Source: Thecamonas trahens ATCC 50062
Taxonomy: Eukaryota; Protista; Apusomonadida
Assembly: GCF_000142905.1 (NCBI RefSeq)
Contig: NW_013657679.1
Location: 64,657 to 128,656, forward strand
Reading direction: 5' to 3'
Length of the DNA stretch: 64,000 bases
Shown: piece by piece, positions 19,674 through 32,400 of the stretch
Layout of the letters: every line of letters starts with the position of its first letter
How positions within the stretch are numbered: the stretch's first letter is position 1
Made by a program: the position numbers and the translations under genes
The notes under the pieces: generated by a model
Databases searched by the model: none
Told to the model about the DNA's origin: nothing
The model's input: only the letters and a program-made list of their open reading frames with translations

Positions 19674-21323
19674 ATGTTTCGACACGCTATGCTCGGACGA
19701 GGCCTTCGGGCCATGAACCATGTTCGGAGAGCAAGCACACGTGCGCAGTCAAGAGGAGCTAGCGGGAGAGGCAATGCGCCTGGTTGGGTGGCTTGGGTAG
19801 CTGGTCTCACTGGCGCTACCGTGACGGCAGGAGCTATCGAGGTCTTTGGCTCGGCTGCACATATGACCGACGAGGAGAACAAGGAAGGAGATGCCCGATG
19901 GAAGGAGTACACGCTGGAAGAGGTGGCGGATCATGATGGAAGTGGCAAGGAGAATGGTGGTCGGATCTGGGTCACATACGGCACGCGAGTCTTTGACATC
20001 ACCGACTTTGTCCCGGCTCATCCCGGTGGAGAGGTCATTCTCAAGGCCGCCGGTGGCGCAATCGATCCCTTCTGGGCGCTCTACGAGCAGCACAAGACCG
20101 AAGCGGTGCTGGACATTCTGAACTCACTGCAGATCGGCGTGCTTACTGCCGACGATGCCGCGGCGGTTGAAGCCAAGGCCGCCAAAACCGCCGCAACGAC
20201 AGACTCGCCTTACGCCAACGAGCCGGATCGGTCGCCGCTGCTGGTTGTCCGCAAGGAGCAGCCCTTCAACGCCGAGACTCCTTTGGACCTTGTTGCCGGC
20301 CACTTTCTTACTCCGGCCATGCTCTGGTACTGCCGGTCGCACCATCCGATTCCGGACCTCCCGCCGCCCGACTACACGCTCACTGTGGTGGTGCCTGGCG
20401 CTACCGAGGCCGATGCTGAGCGCGAGGTTGTGTTTACCCTCGACGAGCTCAAGGCGCTGGCGGCGCGCAAGGCCGTGGTCACAGTGGCGTGCGCTGGAAA
20501 CCGGCGCGGTGGGCTCGGCGAGGGCACGCAGGGCCTCGCGTGGGACATTGGTGCCATTTCGACCGGCGAGTTTGCCGGTGCGGCGCTACCTGCCCTTCTC
20601 CGCGAGGCCGGGCTGGATCTCGACGAGGTTGCGGCCTTTGACGGCAAGTACCATCTGCAGGTGTTCGGGCACGACGCGCCGTACGATGCGTCGCTTCCGC
20701 TCCATCGGGTCCTTGCTCCGCTCAACGACGTCATGCTCGCCTACGAGCTCAATGGCGAGCCGCTGCCGCGTGACCACGGCGCGCCTGTGCGGTTTGTGGC
20801 GCCTGGAGTGTGTGGCGCCCGGCAGGTCAAGTGGGTCACCCGCATCCGCGTCGCTCGCGAGCCGGCGTACTCGTCGTGGCAGCGCGGCGTGGCGTACCGC
20901 GGCTACGGGCCGCTCGTCTCGTCGTTTGACGGCCTCGACGTCGACTCTGCGCTCCCGGTCTACGAGCTCCCGGTCACATCGGCCATCACCAAGGCCGAGC
21001 ACTCGCCCGACGACCAGACTGTCAGCCTGCAGGGCTTTGCCTACTCGGGCGGCGGCCGCGGCATCGTCCGGGTCGAGGTCTCGGTCGACAATGGCGAGAG
21101 CTGGCAGCTTGCGCAGCTCACCCACGGCGCCGACCAGCACCCCGACCGCGCCTGGGCATGGACGCTGTGGGAAGCCGAGCTCGAGGTTTCGCCCGACAAC
21201 ACTGCGCCCGTCGCCGTTGTTCGCGCCGTAGACGCTGCCTACAACTCGCAGCCCAAGGATGCCCAGGACGTGTTCAACCTCCGCGGCATCCTCAACAACT
21301 CGTGGCATCGCCTCGTTTTGTAG
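19674..21323 (+). CDS. SUOX: Sulfite oxidase (cytochrome b5 + Moco + dimerisation domains)
   Basis: HPGG cytochrome b5 motif, PFNAETP, Mo-ligating CAGNRR, DHGAPVR, GARQVKW, SGGGRGI, AWAWTLW; mitochondrial presequence. Confidence 0.95.
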   Translation: MFRHAMLGRGLRAMNHVRRASTRAQSRGASGRGNAPGWVAWVAGLTGATVTAGAIEVFGSAAHMTDEENKEGDARWKEYTLEEVADHDGSGKENGGRIWVTYGTRVFDITDFVPAHPGGEVILKAAGGAIDPFWALYEQHKTEAVLDILNSLQIGVLTADDAAAVEAKAAKTAATTDSPYANEPDRSPLLVVRKEQPFNAETPLDLVAGHFLTPAMLWYCRSHHPIPDLPPPDYTLTVVVPGATEADAEREVVFTLDELKALAARKAVVTVACAGNRRGGLGEGTQGLAWDIGAISTGEFAGAALPALLREAGLDLDEVAAFDGKYHLQVFGHDAPYDASLPLHRVLAPLNDVMLAYELNGEPLPRDHGAPVRFVAPGVCGARQVKWVTRIRVAREPAYSSWQRGVAYRGYGPLVSSFDGLDVDSALPVYELPVTSAITKAEHSPDDQTVSLQGFAYSGGGRGIVRVEVSVDNGESWQLAQLTHGADQHPDRAWAWTLWEAELEVSPDNTAPVAVVRAVDAAYNSQPKDAQDVFNLRGILNNSWHRLVL

Positions 21324-21332
21324 TCTTGTTAC

Positions 21333-23200
21333 TTACAGCTGGACCAATGACGTAAATGCGTCCACCACAGCTACGTCGTCGCCGTCGACCTCGACGTCGT
21401 CCAGCGCGAGCGAGGCGAGCTCGTCGTCGCCCACCGCCTGCAGCGCGTGCACCACGACGGGCGGATTCGGCTCTCGTCGCGGACAACCAGGCGCTCCAGC
21501 ATCGCGCGCCCGCCGCTCAGCGCCACACGCTTTCGTGCTCCCGCTTTCAAAGGCTGCACGCTCGGCAGCTCAGCAGGCACGGCGTCGAACAAGTCCGGGC
21601 GGACAGACGGCAGAAGCACCGCGATGGCGGCCGGTCCCTTGGTAGGGCAGATGCTAGTCATCACCGAGGCGAGGCCGCCGACTCGCGAAACTACTGCTCT
21701 GCTGCGGACCGAGACGCCTGCGAGGTGCAGGCCACGCCAGCTTGCCGCATTGCCAGCTTCGATGGTGTCGAGCCCGAGCTCGAGTGCGAGCGACTGCGGG
21801 AGGCCGACAGCCGCCAGCGCGCCAGTCGCGGGCTCGACAATCAAGCCAAGACCAAAGCTCCGGTACGCTTGGACCAGCCGGAGCTCGCCGAGACGGAACG
21901 GATGTTCGCCTGGTGGGTACCACCGGCAGACAACGCCGGCCACGGTGACGTTCTTGGAAAAGGCACCGAGCGCCCCAAACGCGACGGTGCCGGACGGATG
22001 TGCGGCATGCGCCGCGCCGCTTGACGACAGCGCCGCCTGAGACAACGACGGCCCGCCGCCCAGCAGTGGGTGGCGAGGCGCGCAGGGATCTGCAGCAAGT
22101 GGTGCCAGCGCGGGCATGCGGCGCGGGGAATCCCCCAGCGGCGCAAGCTCCGGACGGAGCAGGACAGCTGCCGCGCAGAGGATGATGGCCGGAAGCGGCG
22201 GAGCAACTGCCACCGGCGCGTAGGGCGGAAGAATGGTGACGGCCCGCCCGGCACAGAGGACAAGGTCTTGCTTAAGAGCAAGCGGGAAGACAAGGAGAAG
22301 CGTGTCGTCAACGAGGCTACCGTCAAGCTCGCGGCGGGCAAGAGCCTGGAAGACGCCAAACTGGGCCGAGCACGCCACAATGACAACGTCAAACGGCGCC
22401 TGTGCGTCAGACATCCCCATCGGGTGAGATGCTAGCGTGGCCCGGAACGTGGTGCTCGCCAGCGATCCGCGGGACGCGGTGGCCTTGGCGAGATCAGCCT
22501 GCGCCCGGAGTCGTAGCCGAGCACGGCGGAAGGCAGCGGCCATGCCGTCAACGACAACCGCAAAACGAGAGGCGCGGTTGCGATCGCGGGCGGCTCCCAG
22601 ATCCTGGGTCGGCTGCTTCCGCGAGAGCATCGACCGGAGGCGGTCGACAGCCGAGAGTGGCGCTCGCGGTGCAGCATCGAGGGCTGAGACCGCGGCGGCG
22701 GCGAGCGCTAGGCCGAGCTCACCGCTCCCGTTCGGGCCTCCAAAGCCCGGGTCCGGCGACGAAGACAGGATTTCGTCGACCATGCGGTGGGTTTTGCAGG
22801 CCGCAGTGGTGTCGGATGAGAACAGGATGTCGTCGTCGATGTCGTCCGAGGCGAGGACTCGCGCCAGCGGCCGGCTCCGCTTGGCGTCTGGCGGGCGGGC
22901 TTCGAGGATGTCCGAGTCCGACTCGGTGTCCGACTCTAGGATCATGGGCGAGGCGAGCGGCGGGCGGGCAACGTGACTTCGGCCTGCCATCGCTTTGACC
23001 GGAGACGGCTGCGACTGGGACTCGCCGCCCGAGTCGACAATGTCGTCCATGGCCAGCACGCTTGCATGGTGCCCGCTACCGCCCGCCTCGCCGCCGCCGT
23101 CGGCCCGTCTTCCATTGTAGTTAGCCTGGTTTCCGCTCCCCGCTGGCAAGTCCATCACCTCTCGCCTCCGCTTGAGCGCCGACTGGTACATGGCGCGCAT
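21333..23200 (-). CDS. SPIDR-like (DUF4502/4503) DNA-repair scaffold; probable frameshift near 21470
   Basis: Disordered N-terminus, 'DGMAAAFRRARLR', then 'LLLVF...AGRAVTILPPYAPV...IILCA', resembling the SPIDR 'VRIFPPWQKL...VIL' segment as recalled. A frame-corrected C-terminus reads 'PNPPVVVHALQ...VVDAFTSLVQL*'. Confidence 0.4.
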
Positions 23201-23425
23201 TGTGCGGAGGGGGGTGAGGGGAAGGGGAGGGGAGGGGGAGAGGTGGTGGTGATCGTGATCGCGTTCGGTGGCCGAAAAAGGTCGCACTTTTCGCAGTTGG
23301 AGCAGCTAGCCGGTCATCACCTCAGCCACAACCGTGTGAGGTCAAGGCTGCAGAAGCTGAAAGTGGGCATGGCGATGCGTAACGTCTTTACCTTACGAAA
23401 CTAGCAAAGTGCTGTCGGTGGCTGA

Positions 23426-23853
23426 CTACAGCTCAAGCTTCTCCTTGGCCTCGATCTCGGCCTGATCAAGATCCATGTCGAGGACCTTGGCCATCGAGGC
23501 GGCGAGCTGGTCCATAGTCGGGTAGTAGTACTTGTACTTGGGGTTCCCGCCCTCGTTGATGACCTGGGAGAGGACAGTGCCGGAGGGAGTGACAAAGAGC
23601 ACGCGCGGGATGTAGCCTCCGTCCGGGCGGAAGATCTCGTCCTGCGGCTCATCGTCATCGCCAAGGTTGAGCATAGCGAACGACTCGGCCAGCGCAGTCA
23701 CCGATCCCGGCTCGGCACCACCGGCACTCGCTGCGTCCTCGGCCTCCTTGCGGAAGAGCGCCTTGAGGTTCTTGCACGCGCCACAGTACGACTTGTGGAT
23801 GATGAGCATGACCGGCTTGTTCTGTACCCCGGCACCCGAGCACGGGTACAGAC

Positions 23854-23903
<50 letters not shown>

Positions 23904-24113
23904 ACATATGCATGAGTCCACCGCCCACATACATCCTCCTATCCATCGCCACCCTCTTTGGTCGTTCGTACGTCGTCACGGGCAATGTCGAGCGCCTCAT
24001 CGTAGGTGGCCAGCCAGTCGATGGCAGAGCCAAAGCCCGAGCCGTCGTCGGTGGCCGAGACGGCGCAAAGGCAGGCAGCAAGAAGCGCAGCCACTAGAAC
24101 AATCCAAGTGCAT
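23426..24113 (-). CDS. TXNDC12: ER thioredoxin ERp18/TXNDC12; exons 24113-23972 and 23821-23426
   Basis: Signal peptide WIVLVAALLAACLCAVSA, GFGSAIDW, intron GTAC..CAG 23971-23822, KPVMLIIHKSYCGAC, PDGGYIPRVLF, NPKYKYYY, C-terminal KLEL. The ATG is one base out of frame (likely sequencing error). Confidence 0.88.
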
Positions 24114-24287
24114 AGTTGTATGGGATGTAGAGAGGGCTGTTAGCGTCTTGGCGTCTTGACCTGGCACCAGTCGTCTCTTGGCGTCACCGCATTGAGCATT
24201 TGAGGAGGCAGAGCAGTTTGCGGCGAGCAGCCGGCAGGCGACGGCTCGCGGCTCACAGCGCTGCACGGTTTACAATCATGAGCTCGC

Positions 24288-25589
24288 TCATCGGAGCTGG
24301 TCATGGCGCGAGGTTTCGACATCAATCAGCTCCTGTGAGGTGAGATCGTCGGCCTCCTCCTGCTCGAAGAAGTCGAGGGCGGTGCGGAGCTCGGCGTACT
24401 CGTCCTCGTCAAAGCCGTGCTTCTTGTACAGCTTTGCGGCCTTCTTTTCCTGGACGTACTTTTGCAGCGATGAGTACGAATCGACGGGCACGCCGCGGAA
24501 CTGGAAGAGGAACGAGAAGAGGGCGACGTTGGCAACGCCCATGACGTACGAAATGGGTTCCATAACGTCCCAAGAGAACTCCCACCAGGTGAGGCGAGCG
24601 ATAAAGGCAAGCTGTCCGGCGGAGAAAACCCAGCCGCCCCACATGACGCGACGGGCGTGCTTGTATGCCTGGGTATCGAGCGCCGCCTTGGTGTCGACAA
24701 GCGGCTGGAGGCGGTCGACCAGAAGGTTGATGATGGTGGCGCGGCGGTCGCGCTCCCAGTCGCGCTCCTGGAGCGTCCGGATGCGGAGCGACTTGCGGAG
24801 CTCCTGAGAGACAAGCTCGGGCTTGAGGAAGATGGTGTTGCGCATGTGCGGCTCGTCTTCAAAGTACAGAACCTGGCCGGCGCCGTGCATGCACGACAGC
24901 ACGCGACCGGCCTCGTCGCGCGAGACGCCCAGCTCCTCGCACAGCCCGTAGAACTCGTCGACGTCCATGTCGGTCTGGCCGGCGACCTCAGCCTTGTCGC
25001 GGACGGTGGCGAGGATGCGATCGTAGTCGGCAAACTCACTCGGCTCGCCGGCGTCGGCCTGCGAGGTCAAAGCTCCGCCGCGGCGGTGGTCGACAACCGG
25101 CAGGATCCGCGTCCGCTCTCCATTGATGGAAATGTACAGCGGGTCGCCAAGGAGGTCCTCGCGGAGCCCGTCGGGCCCGTACGCCAGCCGCAGCTCGATC
25201 GGGCTCGGCAGGATGTGCTCGAGCCGGGTGCCCTCGGCAACCTTGGCTGCCGCACCCGGCGAGGCCTCGGTCTCAAAGTGGACCTCGCTGATGTTTGGCG
25301 ACTCGGCCACAATGGCCTCCGCCACCTCGCCAAGCGTCTTTTGCGGCGTCAGATAGAACGAGCACGGCTTGTCCGGCAACGGCAGCGTCACCCGTCCGCT
25401 CGTCCCGTCCCTATTGAGCACAAGCTCCGTCTCGCCGCTCGTCACACTTGCTGCAGCGCCGCCAGAGAACAGCGCCCGCCACCCTGCCCCGCCGGCCGCA
25501 ACGCCGGCACCAGGCACCGCCACCCCGCCTCGCCTCGCCTCACATGCCACTGTACGTGCCACACATCCCACAAGCCCTCCACGAAACAT
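24288..25589 (-). CDS. MCU: Mitochondrial calcium uniporter
   Basis: ARLTWWEFSWDVMEPISY (DxxE filter) between two TM helices; N-terminal presequence MFRGGLVG. Confidence 0.95.
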   Translation of the reverse strand: MFRGGLVGCVARTVACEARRGGVAVPGAGVAAGGAGWRALFSGGAAASVTSGETELVLNRDGTSGRVTLPLPDKPCSFYLTPQKTLGEVAEAIVAESPNISEVHFETEASPGAAAKVAEGTRLEHILPSPIELRLAYGPDGLREDLLGDPLYISINGERTRILPVVDHRRGGALTSQADAGEPSEFADYDRILATVRDKAEVAGQTDMDVDEFYGLCEELGVSRDEAGRVLSCMHGAGQVLYFEDEPHMRNTIFLKPELVSQELRKSLRIRTLQERDWERDRRATIINLLVDRLQPLVDTKAALDTQAYKHARRVMWGGWVFSAGQLAFIARLTWWEFSWDVMEPISYVMGVANVALFSFLFQFRGVPVDSYSSLQKYVQEKKAAKLYKKHGFDEDEYAELRTALDFFEQEEADDLTSQELIDVETSRHDQLR

Positions 25590-26088
25590 CCTCTCTGCCT
25601 TCTGTTTGCTCTGCTTGCCCACGGACGAGTCGTGTCTGCCGCTCTTCCTCCCTCTCCAAAACAAACGCCCAACTCTCTCTCGCCACAGAACCCACGTCCA
25701 ACGGCCGTCGCCCCGCCGCCCGCCACTCGCCAGGTCCGCCGCCCCGCCAGCTCGCCCACCCGCCCGCCCTCTGCCTCCACCACCTGCGAACAAACAATGA
25801 TTGAAAGAAAGTAGCACAACCACGGGCGGAGGAAGTCGCCTTCCTCCCTTCCTTCCTTCCCCCGCCTTCGCCTTCCCCGCGTTCTTCCTCCGCTCTTCTC
25901 CCTCCTTCGCCCCTGCCCCCCCTCCTCCCCTCCCCCCCTCCCCCTGCCGCTCATGTCACACAAACACAGCTTCAACTCGATTCGATTCGAGTCCAGAAAC
26001 CAGAATGAGCCAACGAAATGAGTTTGTAACGAGTGACTTTCATCGGTTGCCTTCCAAACAAAGCACCCCTTCTCTCAACCAAGCCAAG

Positions 26089-29000
26089 ATGGTGCGGTTT
26101 ACTCTTTCGGACATCCGGTACGATTCCGCCTCTTCCTTCCCAACTCTCCTGCTTGACGGAGACGGAACACAAGACTAGGACATGCCTTTATGTCTTGCTC
26201 TGCAGTTCCTGTTCCCTATGCCCACCCCCTCCTGTGCCCCCCCCCCTTCTCCCCCCCTCCTCGCCATCCCACCTTTGGGGGATGGCTTGGTCTGGGGGGA
26301 ATTTTTTGAGGAACACACAGACAAGCTGTGGCAAAGCCTCCGGCCCTGATGGTGCCTGGGATGTTTCTAGTTCCCCACACAGCAGCTCGGCCGCCCACGG
26401 TCTACTCGCGCTGCAACAGTTGCACCGACCTCCCCAGGCTCGGAACTCGTTTTCCTCGCCGCCGCGCCCCTCGCTTCGCTGTCGAGGTATGGTGGATTCG
26501 GATGACGGTGGCGGATCAAACGCACGGCCTTTTGCTCCAACTCTGCCGCAACTCCATGCGAACCAAATCGAGCCAGGGCCCGGCACCAGCTCCTGACCGA
26601 CAAAGCCCACGCTCGTTGCATGCAATGTGCCGTGAAGACAATGCCGGCACTGCAGCCGTTGTCTGCGCGACAAAGGTTGTGGGGTTTGCGGCGGGTCTCG
26701 GGCCCATTTTTGCGGTTTGCTTGATTTTGAGACATCCTCCATGTCGGTGACTTTGGCCGGTGCCACTCACGCCCACGTCTTGAAACTACAGTGAGATCAT
26801 GAACTACAAGGAGAACATCCGCTGCCTCTCCGTCATTGCCCATGTCGACCACGGCAAGTCCACCCTTACGGATTCGCTCATCTCCAAGGCCGGTATTATT
26901 TCGTCGGCCAAGGCTGGTGAGGCCCGTTTCACCGACACCCGCCAGGACGAGCAGGATCGTTGCATTACGATCAAGTCGACTGGTGTGTCGCTTTTCTACG
27001 AGGTTGACGACGAGCTCGTCGCTCAGTTCTCGGAGGCGCAGGCCGCGTCGGGCAAGAACGGTTTCCTCATCAACCTCATCGACTCGCCCGGCCATGTCGA
27101 TTTCTCGTCTGAGGTGTCTGCTGCGCTTCGCGTTACCGACGGTGCCCTGGTGGTCGTCGATTGCGTCGAGGGTGTGTGCGTCCAGACCGAGACCGTCCTC
27201 CGCCAGGCGCTCGGCGAGCGCATCAAGCCGGTGCTGATGGTCAACAAGATGGACCGTGTCTTCCTTGAGCTCCAGCTCGACCCGGAGGAGGCCTACCAGT
27301 CGTTTGCCCGTACCATCGAGTCGGTCAACGTGGTCATCGCCACCTACAACGACGACGCCCTCGGTGACGTCGCCGTCTACCCGCAGGAGGGTACCGTCGC
27401 GTTCGGCTCTGGCCTCCACGGCTGGGGCTTCACCCTCGGCCGCTTCGCCTCGCTCTACGCCAAGAAGTTCGGCGTTGCCGAGAAGAAGATGATGAAGAAG
27501 CTTTGGGGCGATTCGTTCTTTGACCCGAAGACCAAGAAGTGGCGCAAGGTCGCCCGCTCGGACAAGGGCAAGCCGCTCAAGCGCGCCTTCTGCCAGTTCG
27601 TGCTCGACCCGATCTACAAGCTCGTCAACGCTGTCATGAACAACGAGACCGCCGTCATGGAGAAGATGTTCGAGTCGCTCTCGATCAAGCTCAAGGGTGA
27701 CGAGAAGGATCTCCTTGGCAAGCCGCTCCTCAAGGTGGTCATGCGCAAGTTCCTGCCCGCCGCCGAGGCTCTGCTCGAGATGATCGTGCTCCACCTCCCG
27801 TCGCCGGTCACTGCGCAGAAGTACCGTGTGGAGACCCTGTACGAGGGCCCGCTCGACGACCCGTGCGCCATCGCCATCCGCGACTGCGACCCCGAGGGTC
27901 CGCTCATGCTGTACGTGTCCAAGATGGTCCCGACCTCGGACAAGGGCCGCTTCTACGCTTTCGGCCGTGTTTTCTCGGGCGTCTGCCGCACCGGCCAGAA
28001 GGTCCGCATCATGGGCCCGGAGTACGTGCCCGGCAAGAAGACCGACCTGTTCATCAAGAACATCCAGCGTACCGTCCTCATGATGGGCCGCTCGGTCGAC
28101 CAGATCGAGGACGTCCCGTGCGGTAACACCGTCGGCCTCGTCGGCATTGACCAGTACCTCCTCAAGACCGGTACCATCACCACCGAGGAGTGCGCCCATA
28201 ACTTCAAGGTCATGAAGTTCTCCGTCTCGCCCGTCGTTCGTGTCGCCGTCGAGCCGAAGAACCCGTCGGAGCTCCCCAAGCTCGTTGAGGGCCTCAAGCG
28301 CCTGTCCAAGTCTGACCCGTGCGTTCTCTGCATTTCGGACGAGTCGACTGGCGAGCACATTGTTGCCGGTGCCGGTGAGCTGCACCTCGAGATTTGCCTT
28401 AAGGACCTCGCCGAGGACCACGCTGGCATCGAGATTGTTCAGTCCGAGCCCGTTGTCTCGTACCGTGAGACCGTCACCACCAACTCGACCGAGACCTGCC
28501 TGTCCAAGTCGCCCAACAAGCATAACCGCATCTGGGCCGAGGCCGAGCCGATGAAGGTCGAGCTCTGCGACGACATCGAGAACAAGGTCGTCACCGGCCG
28601 CCAGGATGCCAAGGAGCGCGCCCGCTACCTCATCGACACCTACGAGTGGGATGCCACCGACGCCAAGAAGATCTGGTGCTTCGGCCCCGAGGGCAACGGC
28701 CCCAACCTGTGCGTCGACGCCTCGCGCGCCGTCCAGTACCTCAACGAGATCAAGGATTCGGTCGTCGCCGGCTTCCAGCTCGCTTCGGCCGACGGTGTCC
28801 TCTGTGACGAGAACATGCGCGGTGTTCGCATGAACATCACCGATGCCAACCTCCACGCTGATACCATCCACCGTGGTGGTGGCCAGATCATCCCGACCTC
28901 GCGCCGCGTCTTCTACGCTTGCCAGCTCACCGCTGAGCCGCGCCTTCTCGAGCCGGTCTACCTCGTCGACATCCAGGCCCCTGACGTCGCCATCGGTGGC

Positions 29001-29303
29001 ATTTACTCGACCCTCACCACCCGCCGTGGCCACGTGTTCGCCCAGGACCAGCGCCCGGGTACCCCGCTCTACCACATCAAGGCTTACCTCCCGGTCATGG
29101 AGTCGTTCGGTTTCACCGCCGCCCTTCGCTCGCAGACCTCCGGCCAGGCCTTCCCGCAGTGCGTCTTCGACCACTGGCAGCAGCTCTCTGGCTCGCCCTT
29201 CGATGACGGCACCTCGACCGCCGAGGTCGTCGCCAAGACCCGTGCCCGCAAGGGTCTCAAGGAGGGCATCCCGGCCCTCGGCAACTTCATGGACCGCATG
29301 TAA
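26089..29303 (+). CDS. EEF2: Eukaryotic elongation factor 2; exons 26089-26117 and 26792-29303
   Basis: Splicing GTAC..CAG (26118-26791) gives [14 protein letters not shown]; [22 protein letters not shown], diphthamide loop [12 protein letters not shown]. Confidence 0.98.
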
Positions 29304-29401
29304 GTTGGTGATCTAAAACATTTTGCATCATTGCTTGTTGCCCTTTCCCCCGCCCCCGCCCCCCTGTCGTACCCTGCTGGCCCACTCGTCGCACTTTGGC
29401 C

Positions 29402-32400
29402 ATGTCCTCCCACGCCACCTACGCCGCACAAAGGCTCGCAGCGGTGGACCGACTGGTGAGCGAGCTAAGCCATACTGGCGCTGAACTTGCAAAGGCCTCG
29501 GTCGAGCAGCTTATTCCTGCCTTTGACGCCTACGCCCAGCCCCGCAAGCCTGACCCCGCATTTGACCCCGACAAGCCCGCCCAGGTCGTGATCGCCGCCG
29601 ACCACCAGTCCGTGCCCGACCCCCAGCACGCGCCCAAGGCCGGGCATGTGACCCAAGCTGCACCCTCACCCTTACCCTCACCCTCACCCTCACCCTCACT
29701 CTCCGCTCCTACCGCTCTGGCCATCGAGCCGCAGCAGTCGGTCGTCGGCAAGGTCCTGGTCGCCATTCACGACCTCGTCACTGCCGGCCGGCTTTCCAAG
29801 GCCCATCGCGATGCTCTCATTGACTCTGTTGTTCGTCGCGCCAGGCCCGCTTTTCCGGCTCTGGCAAAGGCCTTCACAAGGGACGATCTCCTCGTCGCCG
29901 CAGCTAGTGGCGAGCTGGCCGACGCCATCTGCCGCATCGCTACCGAATCCCTGGCCAATCCTCCGCAACCCGAAGCATCCTCATCCCCCGCTCCGGCCAC
30001 CGAATCCCTGGCCAATCCTCCGCAACCCGAAGCATCCTCATCCCCCGCTCCGGCCACGCCATCCGCATCATCCCTCGCTCCGGCCACACAACCCGAATCA
30101 TCCCCCGCTCCGGCCACACAACCCGAATCATCCCCCGCTCCGGCCACACAACCCGCATCGTCCCCTGCTCCAGCCACGCAACCGGCACCATCGCCAAACG
30201 GCAAGGAGAAAGACGCTCCCCTCCACCAGCCGCATGTCTCGCTCACCGGCCAGCTGCTCGTCATCGCCCACTCGCTCCACGATGCAGGAACCCTTTCGGA
30301 ACCGGCGTATCGCGAGGTCAAGCGTCGTGTTGTGTGCGGAGAGTTTGCTTCGCAGCCGGCGTTTGTCATGGCGCACTCGTTTGCCGAGGCCGCCATCGCC
30401 TCACGCTCATCGCTGCCAGCATCTGTTGTACAGGTCCGAAGCCAGCCGCTTCCGCCGTTTTCGAGCCACATCACCGCCGAGATCGTCGAAATGTACACCT
30501 CGGTCAAGTCGGAGCCGCTCCGCTCGCCGCCGCGGGCTCCTACATCTCCGACGCCAACTACCCTCGACATCGCGCCCTACACCCACACTTCGCTCATTAC
30601 CGCCATCCTCAGCATCGCCACCGAAGCCGTCTCCAAGGCTCGGCGCACCAACAGCAATGGCAGCGGCATCCTCTTGATGCAGTGGCAGGAGTTCTACGCC
30701 CTCCGCACCATCCTGCTCGACACATCGCATCCAGAGCATGTTTCGCTTCTCAACGGCGCTGCTCGGGCCGCAGAGCCGGGTGACCGCTCTGCGCTTCATC
30801 TCTACGTGATGGCAGCCGCCTCGCGCGCTGTGGTCAGCCGGCTCAAGAGTTTTCGCGCCGGGTCGTCGACCATCGAGGCCGGGTCAACAATCTCGCCGCT
30901 TACTTCTGCTTTCCTCGCCCTCCATAGGGCCCATTACGTCCACAAGGCCATCGACGCGCCCACCATGACTGCCTGCAAGCTGGTGCTCACTGCCCGCAAC
31001 CACGCTGCGCTTCTTGCGCGCAACGCCATCGTCGCCCACATCAACTCGGCTTCGCTCGCCACCGTTCACACCGCTTTTCGCCGTCTCGCCACCAACTACC
31101 GCAGTTTGCTCGGCCTCCCGCCGCATCCGCCGCCGCTCCAGCTGCCCGAGCGCGAGGCGCTGGCTGTTCCAAACCGGGCTTCGTCACCAGCCGCTAGTCC
31201 TGCAACCCCAGAGCCGCAGCCGCAGCCGCAACCGCAGCTGCAGCCGCAGCCGCAGCCGCAGTCGCGCTCCTCGTTCGATCTCCCACTCACACGCGCCACT
31301 TTTGCAATGGCGCTCACCGCGCTGCGCGTCGTCGCGGCTGCGGACAAGGCCACTCACAAGGACGCCCTCATCCGCGGCGAGTGCGCTGCTGTTCGCCATG
31401 TCCTCGAGCTGATGACATCGGCCTCGCTCGACGCCAACCAGGCGCTCGCGGTTCGCCCTGTCGCCGCTGGCCTCCTTTTCCTCGCCGCCCATTCCGGCCT
31501 CGGCTCGGCCGCTGCCGCCGCCGTCAAGGACGCCGTCGTTCGCGGTGACATGGCTCAAGCTGCCCAGATGATATTGTCCGCCGCGCCGTCTACCTCGCCG
31601 ACTCCGCCATCCGCTGCATTAAGCTCGCCCGCTGCCAACCCCCAGCCGGTCACCAGCCCCAAAGTGCTTCCGCCCGCTCCCCAGTCACCGGCACCACTCG
31701 TGTCGCCTCCATCTCCTCTGCCACCGCCGCTTCCGCCGCTCCCACTTCCGACTCCCGACGACATCCAGGCGCTGCTCCAGTCCATCCCCGAACCGACGGT
31801 CGGAGTGTGGCACGCCATCGACCCAACAACGCTGGCACATGACGTCACCGCTGTCGTTGCCGCCGAAGTGAGCAATCCACACGACGAAGCTCTTCGCAAG
31901 CACAAGCCGTCGCTCATCCGGCTGCTGTGCGCTGCCGCGCTCGCGCCCGGTGCGACGCAGGACTTGTCGGCAACGGTGCATACCATTGCCGCCCACAGCG
32001 ACCTTGTTTCTACGCCCGGTCACGGAGCGAGCAGCGCCGCATGTTTCAGCATGGGCCAATCTCGACGCCATCGCAGACATGGAGCCTGATTCGCAGCCAA
32101 GCTGTGGGCCCGGCCCGGCGCTCCTGGTGCTGGCACGCTCGAACGAGCCGCCTGAGGTCAGGGCCAAGGTCAAGGCCGCCATTCTCGCTCCGACACTCGA
32201 TGCCAAGGCTCTGTGGGCGCTCGCCGCCGCCGACCACGTCTCGGATGACTACGTCATTCGCATCGCCCGCGCGCTCGCCGACGCCGAGCCGACCTTGCTC
32301 GCCACCGCGCCTGCCGAGGCTTCTGCTGGCGCCAAGTGGACTGACGTTGACATCGACGTCACCACAGATGCGTGAAGGACGCATCGCCGCTTGGCAAGGC

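Noticed and set aside
26367-29174. 935-aa antisense ORF opposite eEF2, and similar shadow ORFs opposite MCU and the carboxylase
   Set aside because: Expected from strong GC3 codon bias in a highly expressed gene; no recognisable domains
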